From positions 13,950,001 to 14,014,000 of the forward strand of contig CP075494.1 of assembly GCA_021613535.1 (NCBI GenBank): a DNA stretch of 64,000 nucleotides, written 5' to 3'. The stretch is from Adineta vaga (taxonomy: Eukaryota > Animalia > Rotifera). Positions 57,341 to 64,000 of the stretch are shown one piece after another. The first letter of the stretch is position 1, and the number at the start of each line of letters is the position of its first letter. Under the pieces are notes generated by a model, which was given only the letters and a program-made list of their open reading frames with translations, had not been told where the DNA came from and did not search any database. The position numbers were made by a program, and so were the translations under genes.

Positions 57341-60300
57341 TTAACAAGCATTTTTAATTCGACTGAAACATTCCATTAGTTGTACATGTACATGATTGTG
57401 TAGTTTAATTGGTAACAAACCAATGAAACGAAAAAGAACATCAGCTTGTCGTTTTAATTCATCTAAGAGACCTTGTTTATTCGTACTAAGTATATGCGAT
57501 TTTTGTTGATCAAATGAACTTGTTGCAGCAAGTAATAAATGTTGATTGGACGAATTTGTTGACGATTTATATTCAACACTAGCTAATATAGACATTAATG
57601 TTAAAGTAATCAGAATAATATCTGGATAACAATCAATAATTTCTGATGAATAGTAATTAATCGATTCAAGACATTGATCAATTTGTGTATGTGCAAATGG
57701 TAATAAGGAAAGTTTTTGAATAATTTCATAAGCACGTTCAAATTGTTGCGATTTGAAAAATTCAATATAAACATAAATATCCAAAAGAGTATATAATGTA
57801 TTTGTTGTACGATCAAATTCATTCTGTGTTGATGAAAGATGTGATGCAAATGAACGTGCACTTGTTAGAATATTTGGTGCAGCTACAGTATTCGACGTAA
57901 TTAAGGCACGAATAGCTTCAGATAGAAGACGATTGTATATCGAACATGCTTGACGTGTTTTCTAAAAATGAAATAGTTGTTTTCTCTTCTCGTATAATCT
58001 CTTATTTACCTTAGCACGATCGTATAGAACAGCTGCTAATTCTAAATGTCCATGTTTTTCAAGATAAAGACCAACATTTGCTGTAACAACACTTGTATCA
58101 ATATCAAGATGATCAAGAATACGAGCCTAATTGAACGAAATTTTCTTGAAATCAATTCGAAAGAATGTTAAACTTACTTCAGTTAATACACCTTGTCTAT
58201 TAACACCAAATAATCTTTCTAGTAAATTATCAAGATTATTCTCATCTAATTTTAATAATAAAACAGCTAAGGATTCAATGAAACAATTTTCTCCATCTTT
58301 TTGTCGAATTTGTTTGAGTAAATAGAAATAATTAACTATTTGCCATAATTCTGTATCATAACGACATTTTTCTGTATAACTTGTTAATAACCGTTGATAA
58401 TTAATTGATTTCAATGGATCTTCAGTTGTTAATGTTGTAATTACTAGAATAAGTGAGAAGAAGATAATGATTATTATTATTTGCAGAAGATTATCGAGAA
58501 ATCTTACACATTGGACTATCAGATTTTGAAGCAGTCGAAAGTAATCGACTTTCATGAAGAAATATTCCAATATGAACAGCATGACAACGAAATTGTTCAA
58601 TTTGATTTAATAAATCAATTGCTGTTTCAAATTGTCCAGTTAAAAATAAACACATAGCAAATTGAATTGGTTTTTCATTAAATAAACTTCGATTTCCATC
58701 TAATGAACGAAAGAACAAAGTCATAGAAAAAAACCATATTCAATCTTTCGATCATTTCTTACTTCCTTCATTGTAGACAAGTTTTTGTAATTTATTAAGT
58801 GTCATTAAATCTTGATTAGAAAAGAGAATTTGTGAAAGACGAAGCCAAAGAAGATCATCAATCGAATTGATTATCAATTCATGCATATTATTCACATCGT
58901 ATGCAGAAAGAATTGATAAAACGATACTAAAAGATGTAGAATAGAGAAAAGATTCAATGAAAACGATATATTTTACCTTTTAAATGGATTAGTTGAATGT
59001 TCTCGATCATAAACATCTTGAATTTTTAAACGAATTGTTGGATCAACAGATTGATTGTTATTTTTTATATAATTAGTTAACCATTCTACAGCACTTGTTA
59101 AACTTTATGAGAAAGAAATGATTATCAATTGATATGAATGAGAAATATTGACTTACTGGCAACGTTTAGCGGCATTCAATGCAGATTGTAAATCACCGGC
59201 ACGTATACAATAGAAAATGATTGACCAAATTGGTAAATCATCGATATTTCCATCCTGTTAATAGAGAAATAAACAAAGTTGAAAGAAGAATGAAACTTAC
59301 ATCATCAATAATATGAACAATATTCGGATGTTTTTGTCGAATGCAACGAATTATTAATTTATATATGGAACCTGGTTTATGAAGATCATCATCTGACACA
59401 AGATTTATGAAAAGTTTCGATAATTGAATACGAAATCTATGAGAAAAATAAATGATCAAAATTACTCATTCAAAACGAATTACTTACGAATATTCTAAAT
59501 AACTTCGAGCTGCTACGACAATAGCTTGTTGAGATGGTAATGCTATTCGATTGTGTACATAATCAACTGGTAGTTGACTCATATAACGAACAACATTCCA
59601 AAGATCAATTGCTGCCTAGAACAAATCTTTCTTTCAGAAACTCATTGATAAATAATCGTCATGGGAAAACCTACCTGAGGTTGATTCGATGATTCAACAA
59701 CATTCATAAATTCATCAATAAGATTTTGTCGAGCTATTTTTCCAACATTGTACAATGCAATCTAATTAAATAGAAAAGCAAAATCGTCTTTGCTATGATA
59801 GCGCAAACTCATACTTACCACTTTTCCATAAGCAGCTTCAACATTTGATAAACCTCTTGATAGTGTTCGTGGAGTTTCAAACCGTTTAATCTATATACAA
59901 AAAAAAACAATCTTATCAATAAAAGAGAAGTCGTGTTTTTCTACCTGCATTGAATTAGCTTCATCTAAATAACTTTGATCATGTTTAGATACACTCGAGA
60001 GTATAAATTGTCGTTGTTTTTGCCAATTATTTTCTAAGACATAATTACTATGACGAGTTATTTCATCATAAGTCTAAAAAAATATTTGATGAAATTTGTT
60101 TTCTTTTCATTCAATTTACTTTATCTTCAATCATTCTTAACATTGACAGAAGTGTTTTTTCACGTTCATGTTTAAGATAATCATTAAGATTATTAGTTAA
60201 TTTTCCATCTAATTGTAAATTAATAGTATCATCTCTTAGCGTTGGTATTGCTGTTTGTAATGTTTTATCAATTTGTTCGAATTGATCTTGTATTCGTTGA

Positions 60301-60596
60301 ACATTGATACCAGTTGATGTATTTAAAAACGCTAATGTACTTAATTGATCAAGATTATTGATTAATTCACGTTTTGTTTTCAATGATGAACGTTGTCCTT
60401 CATCAACTAATTGATTTAAATTTCGATGTAGTGAGAGATTGTTTGTTGTAGGTGTGGATGTTGATGTAACTGATGGGATTTGTGATACTGTTGTATTCAC
60501 TGTTTGATTTAAAGGTGCTTGATAAGTTGTATTCGATATATTGGATGTTGATGGTGAACGTCCAGTTCCTAAAAGCCAAGTAAATGGACTTGACAT
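57341..60596 (-). CDS. NUP93: Nucleoporin Nup93/Nic96
   Basis: PIWSIIFYCIRAGD, IDDLLWLRLSQI, LFLTGQFETAIDLL and HAVHIGIFL motifs. Confidence 0.87.
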
Positions 60597-60918
60597 TGTA
60601 GAAGAAAATGAAATTTAAATTGAATGTATTTATTACCACAAATAATACTTATGAAATGACAAAGAAGAAAAGACATCCAATCATGTTTAATATTGTTCCC
60701 TCTATAGTTATTTTGAAATCCATTGGATATTCTATGGAAGCACGGGATAAGGTAAGAATAAGAAGAGAAAAAGAACGAAAAAAGAAAGGTAGATGATTAT
60801 AATCAAAACATTTTTAGGTGATATTTTTCAACACGTGAATGTCATATGAGGATTTATCTACGACATTTATAATTTGATATATTAAGCATGCATTTGTGTT
60901 TCATTGTAGAATTTGAAA

Positions 60919-62740
60919 ATGTATGCATCAAATGAGGAAGAAGATTGGGTCTATTTACATCAAACACCACCAAGAAATACGGTAAGATTGTTTGAAGATA
61001 TTTTCATTATTGAAAATTGATTCGTTTTTGTTTGTTTGTTTGTTTGTGAAAAGATCTCTGGAGGAGCAACGAATCTCACTGATCGTAAACGTTCATATTC
61101 ATCATCGAGTAGTAGTATAACAAGTTGTTCATCACAGTCCAATCGAAGTATCTCATTATCTTCAATCTGTTCAACTGAGTATGTTAAATAGGCTTATCTT
61201 TTCTTATTAGATCTATCGTCCCTTTCGATTTTGTTTGTTCTAGACTTGAACAAGTCCAAGCTAATGATATTAATGTATTATCAACACCTATTCGTTCGGC
61301 TGTCGAACAAGAAAATTCTTTATTAGAAACAACGAATATAGAAGAATCCATCTTACGCTGTCGTTATGATAAGGATACGCAAACTACTATCGATAAAGTC
61401 GATGCAGAAATTCAAACAAAGTATTTAGAAGAATAAAAGCATGACTCCTTATTTTATTTCTTTCATTTTTAGTCAAACATTACCATTAACAAACAGTATT
61501 TTTCCTAACAGTAAATCATTTTCATTACCACAAAGACGACATTCTACTGGTGCTATTACTCAACGAACAGATTTGTACATAAATGTAACACGTCGATTAT
61601 CAACAAATACGAAATCATCAAAACGTATTGAAATAAATGATACATTCATTTCTTGCACGTGCATCATGGTTTTATTGATATTCTCTTTTATTCTTGGACA
61701 AATTGTTGCTCAATGGGGTAAGATTCTCTCTATTCATATCATTCGTTCGTTCGCATGAGAATTTTTATTAGATCAATCTACAATGAATCGTATTTCAAAA
61801 GAACTTGATAAAACAAATCAACGTTTAAATGAAGTACAGGACATTCCTAGTGGCAATATTGAAGAGAAATTAGCTAAACAAGTAAAGTGTTTTTGTTAAT
61901 TTCATTCTTCAAAAGAATATCTTTTTTCTTTCTTTAGTTAGAAGATAAACTTCAAAATATGGTTACTCAACAATTAGCTTGGCGTGATATTGAAAAGGAT
62001 AGTTTTCTTAAACAAATTCGTGAACTTCGACAAATTCTCAGTTTGACACAACACAATTTGACAAATACGATTCATCAAGTAATAAAATATATTCATTGAA
62101 GAACGAATTTTTCTCACCTAAGTGTTTATTGCTATAGTTGACAGATGAAAACGAACGATTACAACAACGAATCAAATCAATAGAACATCGTGAAGAAGAA
62201 AATTATTCGAAAGTACGTGTAGAAGGTGTGAATGTAAGTGATCCGAAAGATTTTTCTTCTTCCTCTATGAAAATTTCTCTTTTGGCAATTTAGTTTACGA
62301 ATTCATCTAGATCCACAGTTGATCAATTCGTTTCTAATGTATTTAAACAGACAATTTCCATCGCAGGAAATACGTCTATTCATTTCTCAGGTCTTTTCGC
62401 GCATTTAAGCGCATCAGTTAGTAACTTTGTTGATCACCGACATGAATATATGAACAAAAGTAAACAAAAATTAAGTGATTTTGCTCGTTCATCAACTGCT
62501 GAAAAAGTTCAAATAACACTTCGACAAAGTGTTGAAAATCTTTCAACATCATTTCGAAAAGCTAGATCGACTTATTCTTCATGGTTTCACGCACGTACAC
62601 ATCATCGTGAACATTATTCATGGAGATGGAATTTTCGACGAAATGAAAATGAAAAACATGCTTGTTATTCAAAATTGGAATCTTCAATCAATAAAATACG
62701 TTCGATGAAAAATTGGATGATCAAAATCTTCCGAGCATAA
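60919..62740 (+). CDS. Uncharacterised single-pass membrane coiled-coil protein with N-terminal LIR-like motif
   Basis: Spliced frame MYASNEEEDWVYL..., TM segment CTCIMVLLIFSFILGQIVAQW, coiled-coil exons, stop at 62740. Confidence 0.7.
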
Positions 62741-63061
62741 ACTGTGACATACTTCTCATTTTGTATTATTTTCGATGTAAATAACTTATTTGACATTTTC
62801 TTCTTTTTATTAAAAAACCTTTTCTCATTTTTTTTATACAATTGTTCCAGGGAAATTTTGATACGCGTCGTTTTCTTTCTAAACTAATACTGTAAATTGT
62901 TGATCATGTTAATAAGACGAATTCACTTGTTAGTGATATAATTCATCTTATCAAATGTCTAATGATTTGCATATGGTATGAATATATGTGTGAAGAGTAC
63001 TTAACGCAAGAGTAGTTGAACAAATTGATAATCTTTTTTTTAGATTAGAATTTTGTGTAGA

Positions 63062-64000
63062 ATGAATGACGATGCATTGAAATATGCCGAACGTCTTGTC
63101 TCTCGTTCATATATTGATCTAGCTCGGCAAGCACGTCGTTCATATGAACAACAAATTCGGTTGATAATTGAACATCGAAAATTACCTGAACAAGCAATGG
63201 ATGAGAATATCATTGAACAATGGTTGAATGAAATAGCACAAATGGATTCAAATAATTTTCAAGGAAATATTGGTGTAGGAGAAAGAGAAGGTATTTAATC
63301 AAACAAAAATAGTTATCAAATGACATTTTGTTTTACAGATAAACGGCAATGAATAAGGATAGATGTCATATTTTAAACTTATTTAGGTCGAATATATTCA
63401 TCACTCGTCGCCCGTCGACATACTTTAATGTCACATGGTATTGGACGTTCGGGTGATATAAATGCTATTCAACCGAAAGCAGCTGGTTCTTCGCTATTGA
63501 ATAAACTTACTAATGAACTTGTTCTTGATGCTGTTCATATTCTTGGTTTACGAACAGTCAATCATGCTCTTGTAATTCCCATGGCAACCGGTAGGATTTT
63601 GGTGAGTTTGCGTAATCTCACATATCTATGTGTGTGTATTTTTCTTTGTCTTTTATGCAGGTATGACAATGACATTATGTTTTCTGGTATTAAAAAAACA
63701 ACGACCTAAATCTCGTTATGTTCTTTGGTCACGTATTGATCAAAAAAGTTGTTTTAAATCAATTCTAACAGCTAATCTTGAGCCAATTATTATTGAACAA
63801 ATCGAAAATAATTCTTATCTTCAAACGAATACATCTGAATTTGAAAAACAAATTCAACAATTAAATCCTGAAGAAATCTGTTGTATTGTATCGACAACAA
63901 GTTGTTTTGCCCCACGTGCTATCGATAATATACAAAATCTTAGTCAATTATGTCAAACATATTCAATTCCACATTTAATCAACAATGCCTATGGTTTACA
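63062..64000 (+). CDS. SEPSECS: O-phosphoseryl-tRNA(Sec) selenium transferase (partial, runs off window)
   Basis: [55 protein letters not shown] and INNAYGL. Confidence 0.95.

Overview
Eukaryotic, very AT-rich, gene-dense DNA with many ~50-65 nt GT-AG introns. By inference it is most consistent with a bdelloid rotifer (F-box/LRR-type, NHL-repeat and PPC-like domain families). Conserved intron-containing genes: MAK/ICK kinase, Roadblock/LC7, mitochondrial ProRS, acylphosphatase, protocadherin, EamA/SLC35G transporter, HEXDC-like GH20, HSPBP1, NR1J/HR96-like nuclear receptor, C11orf65/MFI, Fuseless, CCDC96, SREBP, GTF2H4, PRPF4, NUP93, an unnamed LIR+TM+coiled-coil protein, and SEPSECS (runs off the end). 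A ~10.6 kb accessory island (18669-29279) holds nested MITEs, Helitron/DINE-like pieces, orphan exons and two F-box genes sharing a 392-bp identical tract. The island is bracketed by a ~2.2 kb direct duplication whose inner breakpoints coincide with transposon ends. Main leads: operon-like same-strand gene runs with splice acceptors just before the ATG (possible SL trans-splicing), the transposon-bounded duplication of a divergent regulatory region, and a candidate CCPG1-like ER-phagy receptor. Gene models and identities were read by eye with no database search, so boundaries are approximate.
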